A stretch of DNA of 26,111 bases from Bacteroidia bacterium. Its GTDB lineage: Bacteria; Bacteroidota; Bacteroidia; JANWVE01. Every line of letters begins with the position of its first letter. Within the stretch, counting starts at the first letter, position 1. The stretch spans positions 1 to 26,111 of the forward strand of contig JANWVW010000021.1 in assembly GCA_025056095.1 (NCBI GenBank), given 5' to 3'. Of the stretch, positions 15,598-24,235 are shown piece after piece. The position numbers were made by a program, and so were the translations under genes. The notes under the pieces are model-generated. The model was not told the origin of the DNA. It searched no databases and was given only the letters and a program-made list of their open reading frames with translations.

Positions 15598-18500
15598 CTA
15601 TTTCTTAATAAATCGTTTTGCAATTTCTTGCCCTTGGTTAGTAATAAATTGAATAGTATATTGTCCTTGTACTAAGTGTTTTACTGGGTAAGAAACATGG
15701 TAATTACTCCTATCAATAGGGAATGAATCTACCAATTTACCCTGCATATCAAACACATTAGCTTTTACAATAGCAATAGCATTATCAATTTTAACGTCTA
15801 GATTTTCTTCCGCAGGATTAGGGCTAAGACTGATAAATTTAGCCAAAGTTTGTCTTTCAAGGGCTGTAATTTGTCCTGTACTTACTACGTTAGAAATAGC
15901 TTGTTGTGCTCCTCGCGTTACTACTACACGATAAAAATACTCTTTAGTCAAGTCTGTAATGGTATTATCATTATAGCTTACAGTATTAGGGGCTAAGGTT
16001 GCCAAAGTGGTGAAACCTGTATTAGCATCCAGGCTTCTTTGTACTAAGAAACTTGTCTCGTTATTGCTATTATCTATCCAAAGCAAGCTTACGGTATATA
16101 CACGAGTTATGCCATCGTATTCTTGGTTAGCAATGGTTAGGTTAGAAGGAGCTACTAGGGGTGCAAGTGGCGTGGTGGCATCAGCAGTGTTGGATTGCAA
16201 CGTACCAAATAGATTAAATACTTCTACACGATAGAAATATTGTGTATTTTCAGTTAATCCCAAATCAGTGTAACTGGTTGTATTTTGAGGTAGTGTAGCT
16301 ATTACATTAAATGGACCACCTGAATTAGTAGCGCGTAGTACTCGGAAGCCTGTTTCATTGTTAGCATTATCTACCCAAGTTAAAGAAATACTATTGAATG
16401 CGTTAGCCGTAGCTACAAGCGAAGTAGGGGCAGCACTAGGCGGCATAGTAGAAACGGTTACCTCATTCGAATACACTCTCACTGAGCCTTTCACCGCTCC
16501 CACTCTATAGATATAAGTGTTATTAGCGGTAATTGTATTATCTTGAGCAGTAGTAACATTAGGAGCGGTTACTGAGCCTATATCTGCATAAGTACCTGAA
16601 GCTCCAATTTTTCGTTCTAAAATAAAACCTGTCTCATCACTTGAATTGTCTGTCCATTGGAAAGAAGCGGTATTTGTCGTGAGATTAGTAAGTACTAAAT
16701 TAGTAGGTGCAGCAGGAGGGAAGGCTCCTGTACTAATGGTAAAAATATTAGATTGTAACGTATTCGTACCGAAATTATAGGCTTCTATTTGATAATCGTA
16801 AGCGGTAAGTTCTTGCAAACCTGAATCTACAAAAGAGGTAGCCCCTGCGGGTAAAGTTGCAATAGTTTGGAACGTACCTGAAGGTGATAAGCGTCTTCTC
16901 ACACGAAGTCCGATGTTGTTAGGTACGGTATTTGTCCAAGAGAGTGCGATATTTACTACATTTTGGATAGAACCTGTTAAGCCTGACAAGCTACCCGTCA
17001 AATTAGCTTCCAAATTTACCATGGGTTGTTGGGTAAACATACGGTATTCCCCAGGACCTAAATTTATAGGTTGGTTAGTAGAGGTAGCATTAAAAACAGC
17101 ATTATTTTGGAAGTAGCTATACCAAGTTCCCGTTACGTGAAACTCTGCATTTACTGTACGTGGCACCACGTCAAAGTTGGCAATAATAACGATATTACTC
17201 AAGTTAGGAGTACTGGGGTTAGGGTTGTAAGGCTGAGGCGTAATTTTGAGCATCTTAGTTAGCCCTCCATCTTCCCTGATATACACGTCATTAGTCATAA
17301 AGGCATCATATTTGAGCTTAAGTTGATTCACGATGGAATAAAAGCGATATAAATCCATACGTGCCGCTACTTGATGATAGTTTTGAGGGGCCACCCAAGG
17401 CAGAGGTTTAGGGTCTGTTCGGCAGCTGCTGTTATTGGTTCCGTTAGAGCATCTATTAATTGAGAAATCATACCCTAGCTCGCCAAATTGCCAGATCATT
17501 TTAGGTCCTACTATGGGTGTATGGAATAGTATGGCAGGTTCTACACGTTTAAGGGCTACGTTCAAGTCGCGTACATTATGTCCTGGGTTGCTCTGATTAC
17601 CAAATTGTAAGGCTTTATACATCACGCGCTCTTCATCGTGGCTTTCCATGTAGCTTAGCACACGTGGGGCAGTAAAAGGAGTACCAGTACCAAAAGGATT
17701 ATTGGCAAAATCAGCATCACCGAGGTAGTGGTTAGTATTAAAGCCCATAATGTTTTGAGCGTAATTAGTTTCCATATTACGCCAAAGCATCATACCGCCT
17801 TGCCCTGTTCCACCAAGCACAGGGTCATTCAAGCGATAAGCGGCATATTCTGCTTCTTCAGTACCTCCTGTGGCTAAAAATTCTAAAATTACATAAGAGC
17901 GAGGGTCAGCTGCCCACTGCCAATCAGCAATACGCTTAATAATAACTACTCGTGAAGCGTCATATTGATTCCAAGCATTTACGTTAGAACCTGTATTAGT
18001 TTGTGTAAGCCCTTTTGCTAAATCGTAGCGGTAGCCATCAATTTTGTATTCTTGTATCCAATACTCCACCACTCTTTTAGTAAAATTACGTGTGTACATA
18101 GACTCGTGATTAAAGTCTTGGAATACACTAAAAGGGTGTGTAGCTACTTCATTAAAGTAAGGATTATTTGCTGCAGGGCGATTCAGCGAGGCGTTCCAGT
18201 ACATCTTACAACCAGGAAACTCAAATTCCGCATGGTTAAGAGCGATATCTAAAATAACAGCTATTCCGCGTTGGTGGCACTTATCAATCAGTTCTTTTAG
18301 TTTCTCTCGTGTACCATATGCCTTATCCACTGCACAGAAGAAAGTAGGATTGTACCCCCAGCTAATATTACCATTAAATTCCATGATAGGCATAAGTTGT
18401 AAGGCATTGATACCTAAGTTTTGTAGATAATCTAACCTATCAATCAAATTTTGGAAATTTCTATTTACATCAAAATCATGTACCCAGGCCTCATAAATAG

Positions 18501-19752
18501 TTAGGCGGCGTTTATCGGGCTTTTGGAAATTGAGCGTAGCTTGCGACCATTGATAAGGTTGTTTTCCTGGTTCTAATATGCCTACGGCCCCTTGTTGTCC
18601 TGTGGGATAAGGTTTAAGGTTAGGATAAGTGGTGGCAGGAATAAAGCTATCAAATTGGTCTAAAATCAGTTCACAATATGGATCAGTAGTACGGACTAAA
18701 TTATTACTTGCATCATATACCCAATATTGAAAACCATATTGAACCCCAGGAGTTAGCCCTGTAATTTCAATCCAAAATTTATTAACATCAGGATTAGAGT
18801 TAGGACCGCTTCCTCCATAGCCCGGCGTTCGCCGCATTAAAAAGGCATTGTCTAATTGCCAGTTATTAAAATCCCCTATCACATAAACTGCACGCTTTTC
18901 TGGTGCTGTAAAAACTAACGTTACCCGACTGGCATCATTCGGATCATAGTTAATACCATCGCGCAGACCCGACGGAACCGCCTGCACCGAAGGGGTTAGA
19001 GGCACCACATAGGAAATACTTTTTACTACCGTATTGCTTCCTTGTACCCCTACAGCTTCAATCTTGAAAGTGGTAGCTCCTGCAGCAAAAGTATAAGTAT
19101 GAGAAAGAGAGGTAACGTTAGTTTGAGACGCAACAGTTGCTCCATTCACGCGAATACTTAAATTACTTGCAGCATTACTTACTACATTAAGCGTAACATT
19201 ATCACCAATATTAACAAAAGTGTTCGGTGTGCGATTAGCAGAAAGGACTATATCATATGTCCCTTGATTGACCTCTAGGAATATATCCTGCCCTTGGGCA
19301 GATTTACCTTCACGACAAGCTGTAGTAACGCCATTAAACCCTCCACAAGGACCATTTTCACGAAATACCATACCTACCCTGTAGATAGGTGTGTTATTAG
19401 GAGCAGCTAAGTTAGGGAACATGCTACGAATACCATTAGGCAAAGTAAGCGTATAAATATTGCTTGTGCCTTGGCGTGTAAATTTAGGTTGTGCCGCAGG
19501 ATCGCCCCACGTACCAGGTACATTTGTCCAAGTTGTTCCATTAGGTACTAAAATAGCTCCTACATGTGCTGTAATGGTGGTTACACTGGCAGGCAGGTTG
19601 ACTAATTGCTGTCCCGCACTTTGTGTAGCATCATACGTAATTGTAACAGCCTGATCGGATGTAAAAATCACAGGATTAGTAGTAACTTGTGCTGCAAGCC
19701 AGTTGATACTCGCCCAACACATCAAAAACAGAGAGGTAAGGTGTTTTTTCAT
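15598..19752 (-). CDS. T9SS-secreted GH13-family alpha-amylase/pullulanase-like enzyme with N-terminal starch-binding-like and E-set domains, 3-4 FN3 repeats and a T9SS C-terminal sorting domain
   Basis: Signal peptide MKKHLTSLFLMCWASINWLAAQ. GH13 conserved regions: I GIAVILDIALNH, II KIDGYRYDLAKG, IV YMESHDEER. E-set-like segment VTLVFTAPEKRAVYVIGDFNNWQ. FN3 repeats (PTNLVLTNLTTNTASFQWTDNSSDETGF..., PTSLVATANAFNSISLTWVDNANNETGF...). Terminal FISLSPNPAEENLDVKIDN...QYTIQFITNQGQEIAKRFIKK is a T9SS CTD. Confidence 0.8.
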   Translation of the reverse strand: MKKHLTSLFLMCWASINWLAAQVTTNPVIFTSDQAVTITYDATQSAGQQLVNLPASVTTITAHVGAILVPNGTTWTNVPGTWGDPAAQPKFTRQGTSNIYTLTLPNGIRSMFPNLAAPNNTPIYRVGMVFRENGPCGGFNGVTTACREGKSAQGQDIFLEVNQGTYDIVLSANRTPNTFVNIGDNVTLNVVSNAASNLSIRVNGATVASQTNVTSLSHTYTFAAGATTFKIEAVGVQGSNTVVKSISYVVPLTPSVQAVPSGLRDGINYDPNDASRVTLVFTAPEKRAVYVIGDFNNWQLDNAFLMRRTPGYGGSGPNSNPDVNKFWIEITGLTPGVQYGFQYWVYDASNNLVRTTDPYCELILDQFDSFIPATTYPNLKPYPTGQQGAVGILEPGKQPYQWSQATLNFQKPDKRRLTIYEAWVHDFDVNRNFQNLIDRLDYLQNLGINALQLMPIMEFNGNISWGYNPTFFCAVDKAYGTREKLKELIDKCHQRGIAVILDIALNHAEFEFPGCKMYWNASLNRPAANNPYFNEVATHPFSVFQDFNHESMYTRNFTKRVVEYWIQEYKIDGYRYDLAKGLTQTNTGSNVNAWNQYDASRVVIIKRIADWQWAADPRSYVILEFLATGGTEEAEYAAYRLNDPVLGGTGQGGMMLWRNMETNYAQNIMGFNTNHYLGDADFANNPFGTGTPFTAPRVLSYMESHDEERVMYKALQFGNQSNPGHNVRDLNVALKRVEPAILFHTPIVGPKMIWQFGELGYDFSINRCSNGTNNSSCRTDPKPLPWVAPQNYHQVAARMDLYRFYSIVNQLKLKYDAFMTNDVYIREDGGLTKMLKITPQPYNPNPSTPNLSNIVIIANFDVVPRTVNAEFHVTGTWYSYFQNNAVFNATSTNQPINLGPGEYRMFTQQPMVNLEANLTGSLSGLTGSIQNVVNIALSWTNTVPNNIGLRVRRRLSPSGTFQTIATLPAGATSFVDSGLQELTAYDYQIEAYNFGTNTLQSNIFTISTGAFPPAAPTNLVLTNLTTNTASFQWTDNSSDETGFILERKIGASGTYADIGSVTAPNVTTAQDNTITANNTYIYRVGAVKGSVRVYSNEVTVSTMPPSAAPTSLVATANAFNSISLTWVDNANNETGFRVLRATNSGGPFNVIATLPQNTTSYTDLGLTENTQYFYRVEVFNLFGTLQSNTADATTPLAPLVAPSNLTIANQEYDGITRVYTVSLLWIDNSNNETSFLVQRSLDANTGFTTLATLAPNTVSYNDNTITDLTKEYFYRVVVTRGAQQAISNVVSTGQITALERQTLAKFISLSPNPAEENLDVKIDNAIAIVKANVFDMQGKLVDSFPIDRSNYHVSYPVKHLVQGQYTIQFITNQGQEIAKRFIKK

Positions 19753-19892
19753 AATAAAGTACGGTTTATGTTAGTGATACAATGTTTCATTCGCAAAGTT
19801 TAACTTGAATTTAGTTATTTTGTATTTAAGCAAGATTAGAATAAAAAATTTTGAAAAAAATGCTATTACAACTTGTAAAAATTCAAAAAGGA

Positions 19893-19910
19893 TTATCTTT
19901 GCAAAGATAA
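19893..19910. promoter_or_regulatory. 18-bp perfect palindrome TTATCTTTGCAAAGATAA carrying the TAnnTTTG -7 motif on both strands; candidate promoter and/or dimeric regulator operator upstream of the GH13 gene
   Basis: Exact dyad symmetry read from the sequence. The minus-strand -7 box (plus-strand CAAAGATA at 19902-19909) is the only exact -7 match in the 200 nt upstream of the GH13 start at 19752. Confidence 0.4.
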
Positions 19911-20024
19911 CTCTTTTTTTCAGCCAAACAAAGTTTTTGAATTTCTTTTTTGAGAAACTTTTTTTTGCCCAATTTCAGAGCATTTACTAAAAAAAGCAAC
20001 TTTAATTCACATTGCCTAATCTTA

Positions 20025-20060
20025 TTTTTTCTTTAGTACAGGTTTTTTCTTTAGTATAGG
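20025..20060. repeat. Tandem direct repeat 2 x 18 nt (TTTTTTCTTTAGTACAGG / TTTTTTCTTTAGTATAGG)
   Basis: Read directly from the sequence, 17/18 identical. It lies in the ORF-free region between the GH13 and XRE genes. Confidence 0.6.
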
Positions 20061-20580
20061 ATTTACACAGAGGTTTTGATATAGTTGGCTGTGCAAGGAA
20101 GCTGGACATGAAATAAGAATGTAGTAAAAGAGACTTTTGCACATTAAATAAATCAACCTCGTTAACAATTGGAGTTTTCTCAAATTACAGGTAATTCTAA
20201 TAATCCCAAGGCAGGTAGTTCCGCTTGTACATAAGGTAGAGGGAGTGTTACGAGTTGTTCAAATAGCATAAAAAGTACTTCTCGTAAGGTAGATGTTTAT
20301 ACTTGTGTGATAAATAAAAAGAAGTAAAAGCCTCAGTAAGAAAATTACGATTTTTGTAATGATTTTTTTCAATCAAATAGTAGAAAGTTTAATGGTTTTT
20401 TTCTTACTTTTGTAAATACGTTATTTTCTACATAGGGGTCGAAAAGAGCAAGCCCCAAAAGCTTGCTGTTAAAGCATTGAAGCGAGAGCGAAGCCCTAGA
20501 GTTTACCCTTCCACTTTTAAGACCTAAACGAAAAAGCAAAAGGAACGCTTAAGAATAATCATTAGCTCAAGCAAACAAAC

Positions 20581-21144
20581 ATGGATTTAGAAAGCTATAC
20601 CGAGGAGATTTATCATAAAATTGTGCAACAAATTAGGGCTGTACGCCGCAAAAAAGGTATTCAACAAAGGCAAATGGCAGAAGCCTTAGGCATGAACCAA
20701 GTAAGCTACTCCGATGCTGAAAACGGAAAAACACGATTTACCGTCACTCGCTTATTTGCTGCTGTAAAATACTTGGGAATTGATTTAGCAACAATCCTTA
20801 AGGAAGTAAACTTCTTTGCAGAAGAAAATTCACAAGAGGAAAGTAAAAATATAACCAATGTAATAGCAGAAGTAACCCAACACACAACAGCCCAAAGTAC
20901 GCAAAACTACCAAAATACAAATACAGATAACTATCCACTCTCTCTACAAACAGATTTACACGAACTCGTTAAGGCAGTGCTTATTCAAAATAATGCTATA
21001 CAAAAGATTAAAAAGCAAAATAAACTATTACACGAACAAAACCAAGAATTAAAACAAGATTTGCAAGAAATAAAACAAATATTATCCGAGTTACTCTCCC
21101 AAGCTAAACCCAACAACGAATTAAATAAAAATACCTCTACCTAA
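20581..21144 (+). CDS. XRE-family (Cro/CI-type) helix-turn-helix transcriptional regulator with Q/N/K-rich coiled-coil C-terminal half
   Basis: The N-terminal segment IRAVRRKKGIQQRQMAEALGMNQVSYSDAENGKTRFTVTRLFAAVKYLGIDLATIL fits the HTH_3 pattern (Q-x-x-LA-x-x-xG-x-S-x-x-x-x-x-E-x-G). Confidence 0.65.
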   Translation: MDLESYTEEIYHKIVQQIRAVRRKKGIQQRQMAEALGMNQVSYSDAENGKTRFTVTRLFAAVKYLGIDLATILKEVNFFAEENSQEESKNITNVIAEVTQHTTAQSTQNYQNTNTDNYPLSLQTDLHELVKAVLIQNNAIQKIKKQNKLLHEQNQELKQDLQEIKQILSELLSQAKPNNELNKNTST

Positions 21145-21161
21145 CTTCAATCAAAAATGCT

Positions 21162-21599
21162 ATGAAACACTTTTGGATTGTCATATTTTTTTTCACATTT
21201 GCATCTTGTGAGCAAATACAAAAAAAGCAGTATGCTGAAAAAGTAGCTCAACAAAGTTGTCAGGAAATAAACCAATCCTTAATAGAGCAGGCAAGTTCAT
21301 TAGTGCCTGCAGTCGGTAAACTTCTTACCGATGCCCTCGTGCCTGATGATATTAAAAACGGTGGATTGTGTGAATGCTTAAAACCAACTCTGCAAGATGC
21401 TCTACAAGAAACATACAGCATTGAGGACTTAAAAGCCATGAACGAAAATAAGGCTAAACGCAATAAAGCAGCCTTGAATATTATTTTTAAGCGAAATAAA
21501 GAAATATTGAAATGCTACGAAACCAAAGGTCTAAAAGGGCTGAAAATCATAGAAAAATTTTTTAAGAAAATTCTTGAAAAAAAAGACGAGAGTGTATAA
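21162..21599 (+). CDS. Small lipoprotein, hypothetical
   Basis: Signal peptide with lipobox (FFFTFASC). Starts 18 nt after the XRE stop, so probably co-transcribed. 145 aa, Lys-rich. Confidence 0.5.
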   Translation: MKHFWIVIFFFTFASCEQIQKKQYAEKVAQQSCQEINQSLIEQASSLVPAVGKLLTDALVPDDIKNGGLCECLKPTLQDALQETYSIEDLKAMNENKAKRNKAALNIIFKRNKEILKCYETKGLKGLKIIEKFFKKILEKKDESV

Positions 21600-21626
21600 T
21601 ATAAATAGCTAACACCAAATTTGACT

Positions 21627-22499
21627 ATGTACCGAAGTATAGAACCGCAAACCATTCCTACAGCTCAGCTCCATGCTCTTTTACTAGGGTCAGTTTCACC
21701 TCGCCCTATCTGTTTTGCTAGTACGATAGATAAATTAGGTAATGTAAACTTAAGTCCATTCAGTTTCTTTAATGTATTTGGCTCAAATCCGCCGATTTTA
21801 ATCTTTTCGCCCGCCCGCAGAGTACGCGATAATACATTCAAGCACACACTAGAAAACGTGCTAGAAGTTCCTGAGGTAGTGGTCAATATTGTAAACTATG
21901 CCATGGTAGAGCAAGTTTCGTTAGCAAGTTGCGAGTATGAAAAGGGAGTAAATGAATTCATAAAAGCAGGTTTTACCGCCTTGCCCTCTGATTTAGTAAA
22001 ACCCCCACGTGTGGCTGAAAGCCCCGTACAATTTGAATGTAAGGTGAACCAAGTAATTCATACAGGAGAACAAGGAGGAGCAGGCAACTTAGTAATTTGC
22101 CAAATAATAAAAGCACATTTTAAGGAAAATATTTTCGACAAAAATGGGCAAATCAATCCACACAAAATAGATACAGTAGCACGCATGGGATCAGACTGGT
22201 ATTGCCGTGCCAGTGGCGATGCTGTTTTTGAAGTCCCTAAACCTAATCTCAAAAAAGGCATTGGCTTTGATAATTTGCCGCAAAGTGTTTTGCAAAGTGA
22301 AGTCCTTACAGGAAATGATTTAGGTCGTTTAGCAAACATAGAGGCTGAAGCTTTACCCACCACGCAAGAGGTTGAACAATTCAAACAAAGTCTTACCCAA
22401 CCTCTACCCAACATCCGTGCTATTCACCAAAAAGTGAAAGAACTATTAGCCCGAAACCAACTCAAAACAGCATGGCTTTGGTTGCTTGCTTCAACCTGA
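21627..22499 (+). CDS. Flavin reductase-like (FMN-binding split-barrel) domain protein
   Basis: LLGSVSPRPICFASTID..GNVNLSPFSFFNVFGSNPPILIFS and the later VICQII...H fit the flavin-reductase-like domain pattern. The ORF track starts at a TTG at 21621. The in-frame ATG at 21627 (MYRSIEP) is taken as the start. Confidence 0.55.
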   Translation: MYRSIEPQTIPTAQLHALLLGSVSPRPICFASTIDKLGNVNLSPFSFFNVFGSNPPILIFSPARRVRDNTFKHTLENVLEVPEVVVNIVNYAMVEQVSLASCEYEKGVNEFIKAGFTALPSDLVKPPRVAESPVQFECKVNQVIHTGEQGGAGNLVICQIIKAHFKENIFDKNGQINPHKIDTVARMGSDWYCRASGDAVFEVPKPNLKKGIGFDNLPQSVLQSEVLTGNDLGRLANIEAEALPTTQEVEQFKQSLTQPLPNIRAIHQKVKELLARNQLKTAWLWLLAST

Positions 22500-22654
22500 T
22501 TTTTGGAGAGAGATTTTTGTGTTAATCATACCTGACTATGCTAGTTTCAAAAAAACATTTTAATTTTACACCAAGTTTTCCAAACATCATGATAAAGTGA
22601 GCAAACCTTTTGTTTGCAAAAATCTAATAAATTATTACGCAAAATAGCAAAGAC

Positions 22655-23995
22655 ATGGGTATAAAAATTCTAACCGAACATATCGGCAAAGAAGGATTAG
22701 CTACCTTTGAGGGTTATCGTAAATTAGGTGGCTATCGTGCCGTAGAAAAAGCCCTTAAAACCATGACTCCTGATGAGGTAGTAGAAGAAGTAAAAAAATC
22801 AGGGCTACGCGGCAGAGGAGGAGCAGGATTTCCCACAGGTGTCAAATGGGGCTTTTTGGCAAAACCTGAAGGCGTACCACGTTACCTGATATGCAATGCC
22901 GACGAATCAGAACCTGGTACCTTCAAAGACCACTACCTTATGACTAACAACCCGCACATTTTAATTGAAGGTATGATTGTCTCAAGTTATGCACTGGGAG
23001 CAAGAACCTCCTATATTTATGTGCGTGGTGAAATGCTTTATGTAGTACAAATCTTGGAAAAAGCCATTCAAGAAGCCTATAATAAAGGTTTCTTAGGTAA
23101 AAATATTTTAGGTACGGACTATTCTTTGGATTTATATGTCCATCCAGGAGGCGGCGCCTATATTTGTGGTGAAGAAACTGCTTTGATTGAATCATTAGAA
23201 GGCAAACGAGGCAATCCTCGTAATAAACCCCCTTTTCCTGCAGTTTATGGCTTATACGGATGCCCTACTGTGGTAAATAACGTAGAAACGATTGCCTCAG
23301 TGCCTTGGATTGTAAACAATGGTGGTGAAGCATATGCTAAAATCGGTATCGGTAAAAGCACAGGTACGAAATTGATTTCTGCTTGTGGGCACATCAAAAA
23401 GCCTGGCGTATATGAGATTGAATTGAAAATCTCCGTAGAAGAGTTTATTTATTCTGACGAGTATTGTGGTGGCATCCGTAATAATAATGAATTAAAAGCT
23501 GTTGTTGCAGGAGGCTCATCGGTACCTATCTTACCCAAACACCTGATTTTGAAGACTGCCAAAGGGGAACCCCGCCTTATGACTTACGAATCACTCTCCG
23601 AAGGAGGTTTTGTAAGTGGCACTATGCTCGGCTCAGGAGGATTTATCGTTATGGACGAAACCACCTGTATCGTAAAAAATACCCTCTCCTTCGCCCGATT
23701 TTATCACCATGAGTCATGTGGGCAATGTTCTCCTTGCCGTGAAGGAACAGGCTGGATAGAAAAAATACTTCATCGCATAGAGCATGGACAAGGCAAAATG
23801 CACGACATAGACCTTTTGGTAGATATAGCCAAAAAAATAGAAGGCAAAACGATATGCCCTCTCGGTGAAGCTGCCGCATGGCCTGTTGCCTCTGCTATTC
23901 GTCATTTTAGGCATGAGTTCGAGTGGCACGTAACACACCCACACGAAGCTACCAAAAAAGGAGCAGTTTACAGAGGTGAACCTGTATTTGCATAA
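22655..23995 (+). CDS. nuoF: NADH dehydrogenase (quinone) 51-kDa subunit NuoF-like protein (NADH/FMN-binding, 4Fe-4S), not in a nuo operon context
   Basis: GLRGRGGAGFPTGVKWGF (NADH/FMN site), the NuoF-typical IYVRGE and YICGEETALIESLEG, and the 4Fe-4S ligand cluster ESCGQCSPCREG ... CPLGEAA. 446 aa, typical for NuoF. Confidence 0.8.
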   Translation: MGIKILTEHIGKEGLATFEGYRKLGGYRAVEKALKTMTPDEVVEEVKKSGLRGRGGAGFPTGVKWGFLAKPEGVPRYLICNADESEPGTFKDHYLMTNNPHILIEGMIVSSYALGARTSYIYVRGEMLYVVQILEKAIQEAYNKGFLGKNILGTDYSLDLYVHPGGGAYICGEETALIESLEGKRGNPRNKPPFPAVYGLYGCPTVVNNVETIASVPWIVNNGGEAYAKIGIGKSTGTKLISACGHIKKPGVYEIELKISVEEFIYSDEYCGGIRNNNELKAVVAGGSSVPILPKHLILKTAKGEPRLMTYESLSEGGFVSGTMLGSGGFIVMDETTCIVKNTLSFARFYHHESCGQCSPCREGTGWIEKILHRIEHGQGKMHDIDLLVDIAKKIEGKTICPLGEAAAWPVASAIRHFRHEFEWHVTHPHEATKKGAVYRGEPVFA

Positions 23996-24012
23996 TAAAC
24001 TTTTCAGCTTAA

Positions 24013-24059
24013 AAAAACCTGCAAATATTTAGTTATCTTTGATTAATTTGCAGGTTTTT
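24013..24059. terminator. Strong bidirectional rho-independent terminator between the convergent nuoF-like and TonB-dependent receptor genes
   Basis: A-run, then perfect 11-bp stem AACCTGCAAAT (24016-24026) with ATTTGCAGGTT (24046-24056) and a 19-nt loop, followed by TTTTT. Confidence 0.65.
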
Positions 24060-24235
24060 ACTTTCTTCAACAAATGTAATTATACGCTAACTCCGAAAAC
24101 AAACAAGCTTTTTCGTTATGCTTTTCTTACCTGATAAACTACTTAACTTCCTCACTTTGTACTTTGAAAGCAAATCTACTACCAACTATCGTACAGGTTT
24201 TTCAAACATAATTTGCCAAAAATAGCCAAATAACT

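Noticed and set aside
19753-20580. Possible CRISPR array or mobile-element remnant in the long intergenic region
   Set aside because: Only two tandem 18-nt units with no interleaved unique spacers, and the palindrome is a single copy. No cas, transposase or integrase genes and no terminal inverted repeats anywhere in the window.
21621-21626. TTG start proposed by the ORF track for the flavin-reductase-like gene
   Set aside because: An in-frame ATG follows two codons later at 21627 (MYRSIEP), and the ATG start was preferred. The call is the same either way.
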